Translations under genes and position numbers: made by a program
Notes under the pieces: generated by a model
What the model was told of the DNA's origin: nothing
Databases searched by the model: none
The model's input: only the letters and a program-made list of their open reading frames with translations
Shown: positions 25,804 through 35,312 of the stretch, one piece after another
How the letters are laid out: every line of letters begins with the position of its first letter
Position numbering within the stretch: position 1 is the first letter of the stretch
NCBI GenBank assembly: GCA_963769885.1
Contig: CAVYNH010000005.1
Coordinates: 64,001 to 128,000 of the forward strand
Direction of reading: 5' to 3'
DNA: 64,000 nt
From: Methanobacteriota archaeon
Lineage (GTDB): Archaea > Thermoplasmatota > E2 > DHVEG-1

Positions 25804-27768
25804 TCACGAGATGGGGAGCAGCGTCAGCGTGTGCTCATCCCAGAAGAGGATTGGACAGACCGTCGGCTCTCGATTCGACGTCCAGACGACCTGGGAGAGA
25901 TTTGACAAAGCCGGGCCCTGACGGGGCTCTGTGGCTTGACTGATGTACCCAGTCGCATGGTTCACTAATCTGTAACTAAGGGTTGATGCGTCGATCTTCT
26001 CCACCCGCAGGTTATACCAGCCGTTGTATAAATACCCGTTTGGGCTGCCGGAGGACAGCGTAATCCAGCCGGAGGCCGTCTGGTACGACAGCCGCGGTTG
26101 GTACGCCGCGGAGCCGATCGCGCCAGCGACGTACACGTACTCGAACTTGAGCTTCGCGATGGTCACCCCGCCGAGCGCCTTGAAGTCTAGAGTGAGGTCC
26201 GCGGGCTCGCTGCTGTTGCCGCAGGTGAACCAGCAGGACCAGGCGATGAGCTCGCTGTTCAACGAAGTGAGGGTATAGTTCCAGTATTGTGCCCCGGCGG
26301 AGGCGCGCAGCTTAGTCTTGAACGATTGGGCTGTGGAGAAGAAGTAATCAGAGGCGACCTCGAAGTTGCTGGTGACGTCCCGCTGGCTGGTTTCGAACCA
26401 GACCTGGCCGCAATAGGAGTCGAGGGCTTTACCGCCTACGGTGTCGTCGGCGTCCGCAAAGTCTTCTATGAGGGTCGTCGGCGGCGCGTAGGACCAGACT
26501 GTGATGACCGTAGGGTCGTCGTCCCCGGTGTCGCCGTCCCCGTCCTGGTCAATGAGGTCGTCGATGGCCGGGTCGTCAGTAAGTTCGCTTTTCTCGTTGA
26601 TCCCATCTTCGTTTTCGTCCCAGTACACAGTTCCCTGGTTGGAGATCTTTGTGGAATTTATCAGTGAATGGTTGACGGTGACCTGGAAGCTTATTGCGAC
26701 GCTGCTCTGTGAGGGGATGGCGCCGTCCCAGTAGACTTTTTTCGCGGTGGCATCATAGGTGATGGTCCCAGAGCCGCATGTTGCGGAACCGGGGACGTAT
26801 TGGGAGTACCGTGGGATGTGGTCTTCGAATTCATGGCCCGGGTTGTTGTTCTGGTTCGCAGTCCCGATGTTGCTGAGCGTGAGGTCGTATTCGATGATGT
26901 CGCCGCATTGGACGAGGCCGCCGTTGAGGTCCACGGCGGTTTTGCGGGCCATGATCTGGGCTTTGGCGTAGCCGGAGAAGTGCATGTTGTCGATGAAGGC
27001 ACCGCTGTTGAACTGGTTGTCACCAGCATCGAAGAGGTCTATGGTGACGGTGACCACCTCGTCTGGGGAGACGGGGTGTTCACGGCCGACGAGTGCGGTT
27101 GCGCCGGCGTCGGCCCCGTGGACAACCGGCGTGGTCTGTAGCCAGTCTACGCCTGTAGGGTTTCCATCCTGCGCATAGAGGTTGAAACCGGTGCCCAGCA
27201 AGGGTGGGTCGTTGGCGTGCAGGACGAAGTCGCCGCCGTTGACGTCGATGAGGTAGGTGGAGAGGCCTTGAGAGGGCGAGTTGACGGAAATGGTGAGCTT
27301 GTCGTTGTATTGGGTGCCGATGTAGTCGGGGTATTCGACGGTATAGAATTGGACGTCATAGTAGAGGAAGTGCATATAGTGGGGGACGCGCAGCTGCATC
27401 TGGAGGTTGGCCTCATCTCGTGGGGTGCCATATTGGCCTCCCACGAACCAGTCGCCGCGTTCGTTGCCGGGGTTCAGGCCGTTGGTGGTGGCGAATGTGA
27501 GGTCGGCGCGGCCAGTGCTGAACCAGGCGAAGGTGGTGCCTTCGGTGGGGATCATGGCGCCGCGTGAGGCGAGAACGGTGGACAGGCGGTGGCCGACAGT
27601 GTCGCGATCCCAGTAGCTGGAGCTGACGAGGGTAGATTGGTTGGTCAGCATGGCGACGGCGAGGTCGTGGCCGTCGTAGGATCCTGCTCTGGCGATGGGT
27701 GCGAGTGCCGGGATGATGGTGGCGGTCAGCATGAGTGTGATTGCTATGGCGAGTAGGTGTCTAGTCAT
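25804..27768 (-). CDS. Secreted adhesin-like protein with DUF11 domain and Asp-rich Ca-binding loops
   Basis: Start reassigned to MTRHLLAIA (signal peptide); N-terminal jelly-roll domain (EYP.YIGTQYND, D.GD..F.S..FID), DUF11 (KT..D.NGG....GD.IEY.+.+.N.G...D.IP....YV.GS), DENEDG and DQDGDGDTGDD. Confidence 0.82.
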   Translation of the reverse strand: MTRHLLAIAITLMLTATIIPALAPIARAGSYDGHDLAVAMLTNQSTLVSSSYWDRDTVGHRLSTVLASRGAMIPTEGTTFAWFSTGRADLTFATTNGLNPGNERGDWFVGGQYGTPRDEANLQMQLRVPHYMHFLYYDVQFYTVEYPDYIGTQYNDKLTISVNSPSQGLSTYLIDVNGGDFVLHANDPPLLGTGFNLYAQDGNPTGVDWLQTTPVVHGADAGATALVGREHPVSPDEVVTVTIDLFDAGDNQFNSGAFIDNMHFSGYAKAQIMARKTAVDLNGGLVQCGDIIEYDLTLSNIGTANQNNNPGHEFEDHIPRYSQYVPGSATCGSGTITYDATAKKVYWDGAIPSQSSVAISFQVTVNHSLINSTKISNQGTVYWDENEDGINEKSELTDDPAIDDLIDQDGDGDTGDDDPTVITVWSYAPPTTLIEDFADADDTVGGKALDSYCGQVWFETSQRDVTSNFEVASDYFFSTAQSFKTKLRASAGAQYWNYTLTSLNSELIAWSCWFTCGNSSEPADLTLDFKALGGVTIAKLKFEYVYVAGAIGSAAYQPRLSYQTASGWITLSSGSPNGYLYNGWYNLRVEKIDASTLSYRLVNHATGYISQATEPRQGPALSNLSQVVWTSNREPTVCPILFWDEHTLTLLPIS

Positions 27769-27775
27769 GGTCCCT

Positions 27776-30112
27776 TCAACCCCCGATGTAGTGATGTATG
27801 AGTAGTGAGAGGGATTCGGAGTAGAGGTCGTCGCGGATGCTGTTGTTTGGGGTGACGCGGCAGACCCAGGTTTGGCCAAGGCTGAGTGATTCGGAGACGA
27901 GGACACTGCGGTCTGAGGAGCCGGTGCAGGAGCAAAGGTAGTCTTGGTAGCATTGTTCTGATGGGAGGATGGTTGGGTAGATCTTGACGTCGTCGATGGT
28001 GCCGGTGAAGTTGTTCTCTCCTCCGAGGGGGATGCCGGTGACTTCCAGGTCGTCAATGGCAAAGAAGCTGGTGAGGGCGCTCGTGCGCCATTTGAACTGC
28101 AGCGTCAGGCTGGTCAGGGCCCGGGGCAGAGTAATGGTGACTTTGGCCCAGGGGCTCTGTCCGCTGTAGGTGGGATTTGTGATTTCGTAGAGGGGAATCC
28201 ACTGGCTGTTGTTGCGGTAGTAGAGGCCGAAGAAGTCGGCGGCGGCGGTGTTCTTGCGGCTGTACCAGAATGAAATCTGGAAGTCTTTGTAGCCGGTGAG
28301 TGGGATGGCGGTGCGGTTGTAGATGGCGTATTCGGGGTCGAAGTCACCGGTGCCGCCCAGCGAGTAGCTGCCGGTGTGGGGGACGAGGATGGAGGTTGGG
28401 AGGAGGTCGAAGTCGCATTCGAGGCGGCCGTAGCTGGTGGCGTTGAGGTAGAGTTGGTCGATGTAGACTTGGCTGTTGTCACCGTCAGCGTTGCACATGA
28501 AGCGGATGAACATGTTGGTGGGGAAGCGGTAGGTGGATTCGTTGACGTAGACAATCTTGTGGTACCAGGTGCTGGTTGCGTAGCCGCTGGGGTAGGTGAT
28601 GGTGAGGATGTTGGTCCAAGCGGTGCCGTTGTAGTATTGGAGCCACCAGGTTTTGCCGGTGGACCAGGTGTTGCCGCGCCACATCCACCAGAAGTCGATT
28701 TTGAGGGATTTGTAGCCTGGTGTGTCCATGTCGATGGGGGTGGTGAGTCGGAAGGAAGAGGCGACGCCGCTGTCGTCGCGGATGCCGGCAGAGGCGGTGC
28801 CTTCGTGTTTGTAGGTGGCGGAGCGGTAGGCGTCGGCGGAGGAGCCGTTGCTGCCGGGGATGTAGTTGCCCCAGCCGGTGTTGAAGTTATCGTACCGGAG
28901 AGTGGACCAGGTAGGGGTCTGGCTGCCGCTGGTGTTCTGTTCTTTCCAGGTGTCGCGTTCGGCGGTGGTTTCGAAGCCGGTCGTGAAGAGGGGACGGCGG
29001 GTGGAGGGGCCGGTGCCGGTGCCGATCTTGCCGGCGGGTCGATCGCCGGAGCCGAGGGGGCGGCCGGCGGTATGGGCTTGGGTGGTGGCGTCCTGGAGGC
29101 CATCGAGGTAGATGGCGGCGATGCCGGTGGTGGCGTCGTAGGTGGCGGTGGCGTGGTGCCAGAGGTTGTCGGTGACGATGCGGGTGCCGAGGAGGTCATT
29201 GGTGTCGTCAGAGGCGGTGGTGCTCCATTTGAGGCGGCTGTCGCTGACTGCGAGTTCGAAGTAGTCGCTGCGGTTGTAGGAGAGGATGGTGCCAGAGGCT
29301 TGGGTGGTTTTGAACCAGACTTGGATGGTGACCTGGGTGAGGGTGGCGGTACTGAAGGGGTAGGGGAGGGTGATGGCGTCGTGGCCGCTGTATTGGTAGG
29401 CACCGCCGAGGCGGCCGTTTTGGGTCCAGGTGGGGCCGGTGATGGTGCCGTTATGGTTCAAGGTGGAGTAGTCTTTGGTCGTGTCAGTGGTCTGGGTATC
29501 AAAGGGGAGGAGCAAGCAGGCGCGTGGGATGTAGGCACCGCCGTTGTATCGCATCCAGTTGTAGATGTAGGAGGTGGGGAGGGGGAAGATGGAGGGGTGG
29601 ATGGTGTAGCTGTAGCAGATGAGGTCTTCGTCGGGGGTGTCGGTGAGGAGGGTAGAGATGGACATAGGATCGAGGATGTGGGGGACTGGGCCGGGGGGTG
29701 TGGGTTTGGGTTTGAGGGTGCCTTGGAAAATGATCTCGGTGGTGCCGTCGGTGTTGCGGTTGACGACGGTGACGTTGATTAATTCGTCAGGGGCGAGGTG
29801 GTAGTCGGTGAGGGGGATGGTATCACCCATTTGCCAGGGATCGGTGTGATGGTAGGCGACGCTGTCTTGGCCTTGGGTGACGAGGATGTCGTAGTCGGTG
29901 ATGGTGGTACCGCCGACGTGTTGGAGGATGGGGGTGGCAGTCTCGTTGACGTAGCCGGCGATCTTGATGTTGGATTGATGGGAGGGCATGGGGAGGGGGA
30001 AGACTCTGAGGTAGATGACGGCGAAGGCGGCGAGGGCGATGACAACGAGGAGGAGTACGGCGATGACTTCTGATACGGCATAGGGTCTTCGGTAAGAAGG
30101 TTTGTTGTGCAT
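27776..30112 (-). CDS. Giant type IV pilin/adhesin: class III signal + pilin N-domain + LamG + jelly-roll domains
   Basis: Start reassigned to MHNKPSYRRPYA^VSEVIAVLLLVVI; pilin N-domain (LQHVGG...W..GD); LamG motifs (KDYS..NHNGTI, TI.VWFKT, WHH..ATYD, IYLDG, FTGTIDDVKIY). Confidence 0.88.
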   Translation of the reverse strand: MHNKPSYRRPYAVSEVIAVLLLVVIALAAFAVIYLRVFPLPMPSHQSNIKIAGYVNETATPILQHVGGTTITDYDILVTQGQDSVAYHHTDPWQMGDTIPLTDYHLAPDELINVTVVNRNTDGTTEIIFQGTLKPKPTPPGPVPHILDPMSISTLLTDTPDEDLICYSYTIHPSIFPLPTSYIYNWMRYNGGAYIPRACLLLPFDTQTTDTTKDYSTLNHNGTITGPTWTQNGRLGGAYQYSGHDAITLPYPFSTATLTQVTIQVWFKTTQASGTILSYNRSDYFELAVSDSRLKWSTTASDDTNDLLGTRIVTDNLWHHATATYDATTGIAAIYLDGLQDATTQAHTAGRPLGSGDRPAGKIGTGTGPSTRRPLFTTGFETTAERDTWKEQNTSGSQTPTWSTLRYDNFNTGWGNYIPGSNGSSADAYRSATYKHEGTASAGIRDDSGVASSFRLTTPIDMDTPGYKSLKIDFWWMWRGNTWSTGKTWWLQYYNGTAWTNILTITYPSGYATSTWYHKIVYVNESTYRFPTNMFIRFMCNADGDNSQVYIDQLYLNATSYGRLECDFDLLPTSILVPHTGSYSLGGTGDFDPEYAIYNRTAIPLTGYKDFQISFWYSRKNTAAADFFGLYYRNNSQWIPLYEITNPTYSGQSPWAKVTITLPRALTSLTLQFKWRTSALTSFFAIDDLEVTGIPLGGENNFTGTIDDVKIYPTILPSEQCYQDYLCSCTGSSDRSVLVSESLSLGQTWVCRVTPNNSIRDDLYSESLSLLIHHYIGG

Positions 30113-30197
30113 CTGCCTACCCTGAAGTTCTTTCTGTTGCGCTTTGTTTATATGGGCTTCGTGGCATTTTCTCAGGGGTGTCATTTTATTGGGTTTT

Positions 30198-31085
30198 TTA
30201 GAACAGGAGTTTGAAGATGATGAAGCTGATGATGACGAGGATGAAGCCTTGGCGGATGCCTGCGGAGAGTTTGCCTTCCATCATGAAGCCGCCGAGCATG
30301 CCGCCGCCGAGGGATTGGACGAAGACGAAGGTGAAGAGCATGTTTTTGACTTCGACGGGGTCGATCTGGGCGATTCTGAGGTTGCCGATGGCCTTGCCCG
30401 CCATTTTGCCTTGCAAGCCTTCGATGGCTTGGAAGATGGTGCCGTTGATGATGAGGATGACGGCGAGGAAGACGAAGAAGCTGATGAAGATGACGATGCT
30501 ATACATCGACATCTCGGTGCGGCGCTGCTGCTCGACTCTCCGTATTTGGTCGAGTTCTTTGGCGGCGGCGTTGAAGACACTGCTTGTGTTGCCGCCGATT
30601 TCGAGGGCTTTATTGATCGTGATGGCGAGGCGTTTGACTTCGTTGCTGTTGAGGCGTTCGCCGAAGTTGGTGAGGGTGTCGGTGACGGGGATGCCCCAGG
30701 AGAGCTGGGCGCTGACGGTTTTGAGCTCTGGGGTGAGGGCGCCGTATTCGCCTTCCGCAGCGCTTCGTATGGAATCGTAGATGGTCATGCCGGAGGCGCT
30801 AGAGTTGGCGATGTCTCGGAGGAAGTCGGGGAGTTTCTCCATGACTTCGCGCTTGCGTTTCTGTTTTTTGCTATTGTAGAAACCGAGGGGGCCGATGCAG
30901 CCCAGGACGCCGAAGACGAGGTAGTCGACAGTGGACAGATACGGTAGGATGGGGTGGTTGATCATGGCGAAGAAGCCGAAGACGAAGAAGATGCTGGATA
31001 TCAGGATGCTGCCGGCGATGATGAGGTCGACGGTCTTGTCTTTGCCGTAGTGGCGGCTGACGTCGTATTGTTTCGTATGGGCTAT
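30198..31085 (-). CDS. Type IV pilus platform protein (TadC/ArlJ, T2SSF domain), probable ATA start
   Basis: LPDFLRD+A.....GMT, YG.LT.E, L.WG, GG motifs and multiple TM helices; frame open 40 codons upstream of ATG 30965 to an ATA after GGTGAGG. Confidence 0.9.
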   Translation of the reverse strand: MAHTKQYDVSRHYGKDKTVDLIIAGSILISSIFFVFGFFAMINHPILPYLSTVDYLVFGVLGCIGPLGFYNSKKQKRKREVMEKLPDFLRDIANSSASGMTIYDSIRSAAEGEYGALTPELKTVSAQLSWGIPVTDTLTNFGERLNSNEVKRLAITINKALEIGGNTSSVFNAAAKELDQIRRVEQQRRTEMSMYSIVIFISFFVFLAVILIINGTIFQAIEGLQGKMAGKAIGNLRIAQIDPVEVKNMLFTFVFVQSLGGGMLGGFMMEGKLSAGIRQGFILVIISFIIFKLLF

Positions 31086-31945
31086 ACGTCCTCACCCATC
31101 CCTGATTTCATCATGACGTAGAAGCCGAAGTAGGCCATCGGCAGAATCATGAGCGACAGGACATAAAGGAAGCTGAAGGAGATACCGCCGCCGGTGAGGC
31201 CCATGACGGAGAAGATGATGACGAGAAAGAGGGGGAAGGCGATGACGGTGACGACGAAGCTTTCGGCCATGATGGCGAGGCTTTCGAGGTTTTTTTTGCG
31301 TTCTTGGAGGTCGTCGAACATGTAGCGGTCGACGCAGCGGTCGAAGAAGGGGGCGAGTTCGCTGCCGGATTGGAGGACTTCGACGATGCCTTGGAGGAAT
31401 TCCTTGAATTTGCGGGAGGGGCTGATGGCGATGGCGTTTTTAAGGGCGGTGACGGCGTCAACGCCCATGAGCTCGATTTCGGTGGTGATCTTTTTAGCTT
31501 CTTTTTGTACTTCGCCGTAGAGAGGGATGCCGGCGAGGGTGCCGAAGATCTCAGAGGGGCTGACACCGGCGACGGACATGGTGTTGATGAAGTTGGCGAC
31601 GTAAGGGAGATGTAGGTCTATCTTTTTTCCGCGGGCTTTGGCTTTGGAGGCGGGGAGCTGCAGGTAGACGAGGCTCATGAACAGGGGAATCGTCGTGGAG
31701 ATTACCAGGAGGAGTAGGGAGGTCGTGGTGGTTGGGAGGAGGATGTAAAGGACGAGGGTGGAGAGGAAGCTTGAGGTGAAACCAACGAGGATGTTCATGA
31801 TGACCATGGAGTAGTATTCCTGGTACACCATGCTGATGTCCGCTTTTTCGAGGAGGCGGTTTTTGCTGGTTTCACTGATGTTGAGTCGTGCGAAGATGGG
31901 GGAGAAGACCCGGCGGCAGAAGCGGGTGTAGTTCGTGGATTTCAT
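31082..31945 (-). CDS. Type IV pilus platform protein (TadC/ArlJ, T2SSF domain)
   Basis: L.KA.+....EY, ID..LPY....+..MS.AGV, YGEV..E...I...+E..G.D...AL.....SPS..F.EFL.G; TM helices; ATGA overlap with the ATPase gene. Confidence 0.92.
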   Translation of the reverse strand: MKSTNYTRFCRRVFSPIFARLNISETSKNRLLEKADISMVYQEYYSMVIMNILVGFTSSFLSTLVLYILLPTTTTSLLLLVISTTIPLFMSLVYLQLPASKAKARGKKIDLHLPYVANFINTMSVAGVSPSEIFGTLAGIPLYGEVQKEAKKITTEIELMGVDAVTALKNAIAISPSRKFKEFLQGIVEVLQSGSELAPFFDRCVDRYMFDDLQERKKNLESLAIMAESFVVTVIAFPLFLVIIFSVMGLTGGGISFSFLYVLSLMILPMAYFGFYVMMKSGMGEDV

Positions 31946-33678
31946 TGCGCAAGCTCCTTTCTGGCGATTTCAAGGACGCGGTCGGGGAACTTGCGGTATT
32001 CGGCGATGATGCTGCCGAACTCCTTGTAGCCGCGGATGTTCTTTTTCTTCATCCATTCGAGGACGAGAATGCGGTTCTTCATCTCTCCCTGGAGTTGCTC
32101 GTCGGTCCAGTCGTTCCTGAGTTTGAGGTTGTTGAGGATCTTGCTGGAGCCGCTGGCTTCGAAACGGTCGTCGAGTTTGGAAATCCAGGTAAAGGGGGCC
32201 ATGAAGATGAGTTGGTTGGTGTCGCTGTCGAGTTTGATGATTTCGGTGACGCTGGTTATGCGTCGGACCATCTTGCCGCCGATGTCGACAGCGTTCTGGA
32301 AGACGATGACGTCAAGGGAGGTCAGAAGCGCGCGTGGCAACTCGATTGGTGGGTTCTCGAGACGCTGGATGAGGGTGTGGATGGTGCTGGCATGGACGGT
32401 GGCGTACGCGGTGTGCCCGGTGGCCATCGCCTGGAAGAGGCTGTAGGCTTCCTTACCTCGGACCTCACCGACGATGATGACGCGCGGGCGCTGACGCAAC
32501 GCCGCTCGGATGAGGTCGAACATGTCGATGTCTTTGCCGGTCTTGCTTTCGTCGCTCGCCGCGAAACCACGGCGGGTGGTGCCCGCGATCCAGTTCTTGT
32601 GCGGGATGTTGACTTCCCTGGTGTCCTCGATGCTGATGATCTTGTGCGAGGTGGGGATGAAGAGCATGAGGGCGTTCAACGCGGTGGTCTTGCCGGACGC
32701 GGTGCCGCCGCAGAAGAGGATGCTGGCGCCGTCCTCTATCGCCATCCAGAAATAGGCGGCCATCTCCGTGGACATGGACTTGAACTGGATGAGGTCTATC
32801 GGGGTGAGCGGGGTTTCCTTGAATTTTCTGATGGTGAAGGTGGATCCTTTGGTGACGGTCTTCGCGAGGGTCGCCTGGAGACGGCTGCCGTCGGGAAGTT
32901 TGCCGTCGACGATAGGGGAGAAGATGCTGATCTGTTTGCCGCTGATCTGGCAGAGCCTGCCGAGGAAGTTATTGAGTTCGGGTTCGTCGTCGAAGTGGAT
33001 ATTGGTCTCGATAGATTCGTATTTGCGGTGGTGGATGAAGATGGGGGTGTCAGGGCCGTCACAGGAGATGTCTTCGATACCGTCGTCGTGCATGAGGATG
33101 TCGATGCGGCCGTAGCCGAGGAAGTCGCGGAAGATGTGGTAGAAGATGGTGTCGCGGCTTTTTTCTTCGAAGACGATGTCGTTGTCTATGATGATGCGCT
33201 CGATAGTTTCGAGGAGGAAGTGTGCTTTTTCTCTGGGGTCCATGTCGAAGGTCTGGATGTCGGCGAGCATCTTGAAGAGGTGGGAGATCTCTTTCTTGGT
33301 TTCTTTCTCCTCGTCGGTGAGTCTGGGTTCCTCGACTTCGTAGCGGTATTCGTTGATGGTGTGGTCGAAGATGACGTGTTGCTTGCCGAGTTTCTTGTAG
33401 CCGAAGCCGTCCTGGGTCTCGATGACTTCGATGTTCGGGACGGCGGTGTCGGTGGTGGTCTCCCTTGCTTTTTTGGTGCGGGCGCGGGCGAGGAGGCTAA
33501 CCTGCTCTTCGCCGCTTGGTTTTGGTTTGCGTTGTGTCTTGGGTTTGGGGGGTGCGTCGATGAGTCGGTAGGGTTTGTTGTCTGGGGCGAGGGGTTCTTT
33601 GGGTTTGGGCGTCTCTGGCTCGTCTTTGTGTTCTTGGAGGACTGGTTTGCTTTTTTGGGCTTTTTCGAGGAGACCCAT
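31942..33678 (-). CDS. Type IV pilus assembly ATPase (ArlI/PilB/CpaF-like secretion ATPase)
   Basis: Y.V.EP.L, GYG.ID.LM.D..IEDISCDG, LPDGSRL, FTIRKF, Walker A GGTASGKTT, IEDTRE, LRQRP..I+VGEVRG.EA, TGH...T+HA. Confidence 0.96.
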   Translation of the reverse strand: MGLLEKAQKSKPVLQEHKDEPETPKPKEPLAPDNKPYRLIDAPPKPKTQRKPKPSGEEQVSLLARARTKKARETTTDTAVPNIEVIETQDGFGYKKLGKQHVIFDHTINEYRYEVEEPRLTDEEKETKKEISHLFKMLADIQTFDMDPREKAHFLLETIERIIIDNDIVFEEKSRDTIFYHIFRDFLGYGRIDILMHDDGIEDISCDGPDTPIFIHHRKYESIETNIHFDDEPELNNFLGRLCQISGKQISIFSPIVDGKLPDGSRLQATLAKTVTKGSTFTIRKFKETPLTPIDLIQFKSMSTEMAAYFWMAIEDGASILFCGGTASGKTTALNALMLFIPTSHKIISIEDTREVNIPHKNWIAGTTRRGFAASDESKTGKDIDMFDLIRAALRQRPRVIIVGEVRGKEAYSLFQAMATGHTAYATVHASTIHTLIQRLENPPIELPRALLTSLDVIVFQNAVDIGGKMVRRITSVTEIIKLDSDTNQLIFMAPFTWISKLDDRFEASGSSKILNNLKLRNDWTDEQLQGEMKNRILVLEWMKKKNIRGYKEFGSIIAEYRKFPDRVLEIARKELAQ

Positions 33679-33684
33679 GGCTGC

Positions 33685-35073
33685 TCACTTTAGATGGTAT
33701 TTGGTCATGATCTTTTCGTAGAGTTCGAAGTCCTGGCTGTTCGCGAAGCGTTCGATGACGTCGTCGGGGAGTTGGCCGAGGAGCTTGTCGGTGAGTTGGA
33801 GGAATCGGAGGAGGTCGTCAAGGTCCGGCGTCGTGGTGGCGGGGGTATCGTGGTGGAAGTGAGAGGGTGTGGTGGTCTTTTTGGCGTGTTTTGCTGGTTT
33901 GGATTTTTTCATTTGTCTTGCCATTTTGGTCTTGAGTCTGTCTTTTTTGCGTTGTTCTTTGAGGAGGAGTTTTTCGTGTTGTTTTTGTTTCTTTGTCTCG
34001 AGTTTGGCTTTTTTGGCCTCGAGTTTCAGCTGTTTCTTTGTGAGTCTATCGGTGGCGGGGCCGATTGGTTCGTCCGGGATCTCGGGTTCGGGAGGCTCGT
34101 CGTCATCGTCGGCGGTAGTCGCTGCGGGTTTTTTGGGTGGTGTTTGTGGTTTGGCGCGGTGAAAGAGGGACAGTTTGGGTTTGGTTGGGGTTTCTTTCGG
34201 GGCCTCGGTTTTCTTCTGTTTTTTCTTTTGTTCTTTTTCCTCTTTTTCTTTTTGACGTTGGGCCTCGGCCTCGGCTTTTTCTTGGCGTCGGCGTTGTTCG
34301 GCCTCGTCGTGTTCGCGCTGTTTTTTTTCTTTAGCGACTTGTTCTTGGCGGTGTCGTTCTTCTTCCTGTTCGTGTTGCTTAATCTGTTGGATGCGGTCGG
34401 TGAGGTCGGGGATGTACTCAACGTCTTTGTCCTTGGTCTTTGCCTGAAGAGTGTATAATTGGGAACGGTCCATTGCAGGTTCTTGAGTATCAGCCATGGC
34501 GGAGAGGAAGGCGATGTCGTCATGAACGTGACGTGGGGTCGCGAAGTCGTCGTCATCCGATTCCTCGGGGATCCTCATGAGGCTTGGTTTTTCTCTGAGG
34601 TCGTTGAGATCGATGATTTCGACCTTGTTGGCATCGTGTCGGTGTGGGGTGACAAAGTCTTCGACGGAGTCAAGGGAGGTGATGAACCGGAAGCTGGGGT
34701 TGGTGCTGAGGGGGAAGTCGGTCTTGAACTCCTCGGGGATTGGGTGCGGGCGGGTGAGCGGCGACAGGGGGGCGTCGAAGGTGACCTCCTCGTGGCCGGG
34801 ATACCGTGCGAACGGGGCCCGGTCTTCGACAGGCGGCGGCGTGCGGTTGAGTTGTGGTTGAACTATCGGGGGGGCGGGTTGCCGTGGTTTTGAGTCTTTG
34901 AGGAGTTCGTCGATTTTCTTGACGATCTCGAGGTGGAAGTCAACGTTGGTGGTTGGTTCTTGCTTTGCAGGGATTTTCTTAAGGATCAGTGAAGCAGTTG
35001 ACAGGAAAAACAGGGATAAGCTAGCCTTCTCTCTCCTCTTTTCAGTAGTCTGCATGTGATGTTCCCATCCCAT
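33685..35073 (-). CDS. Low-complexity charged protein with C-terminal helical domain, first gene of pilus operon (start uncertain)
   Basis: Pro-rich and E/K/Q coiled-coil tracts; folded-looking C-terminus L...D.LLG.LP..VI..F..S.DF.LY.K+..KY; 6 bp upstream of the ATPase. Confidence 0.8.
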   Translation of the reverse strand: MGWEHHMQTTEKRREKASLSLFFLSTASLILKKIPAKQEPTTNVDFHLEIVKKIDELLKDSKPRQPAPPIVQPQLNRTPPPVEDRAPFARYPGHEEVTFDAPLSPLTRPHPIPEEFKTDFPLSTNPSFRFITSLDSVEDFVTPHRHDANKVEIIDLNDLREKPSLMRIPEESDDDDFATPRHVHDDIAFLSAMADTQEPAMDRSQLYTLQAKTKDKDVEYIPDLTDRIQQIKQHEQEEERHRQEQVAKEKKQREHDEAEQRRRQEKAEAEAQRQKEKEEKEQKKKQKKTEAPKETPTKPKLSLFHRAKPQTPPKKPAATTADDDDEPPEPEIPDEPIGPATDRLTKKQLKLEAKKAKLETKKQKQHEKLLLKEQRKKDRLKTKMARQMKKSKPAKHAKKTTTPSHFHHDTPATTTPDLDDLLRFLQLTDKLLGQLPDDVIERFANSQDFELYEKIMTKYHLK

Positions 35074-35312
35074 CTCTCATTCTTGGTGTACTAGAATGCA
35101 CTTCTAATTATTTTGTACAGCTATTGCATCCCAGGACGTTGCCGTAGGTCGGTAACGGCCTATTTTTTAATAAAGATTTCTGTGGGGTAGGGGATAAAAA
35201 TGTTCGGCGGTGGTTTTTCGGAATCAGCGGTTTACCGATTCGGGTGTGGTTGGTGGTTTGTGAGTTTACCAGGGAAGGTATTAATAGGATGCCAGGGAAA
35301 ACATATCTTCAT

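Noticed and set aside
33860-34400. Simple-sequence DNA repeat in the T-rich tract
   Set aside because: It is explained by Lys/Glu/Gln codons of the low-complexity protein on the minus strand; there is no exact tandem unit.
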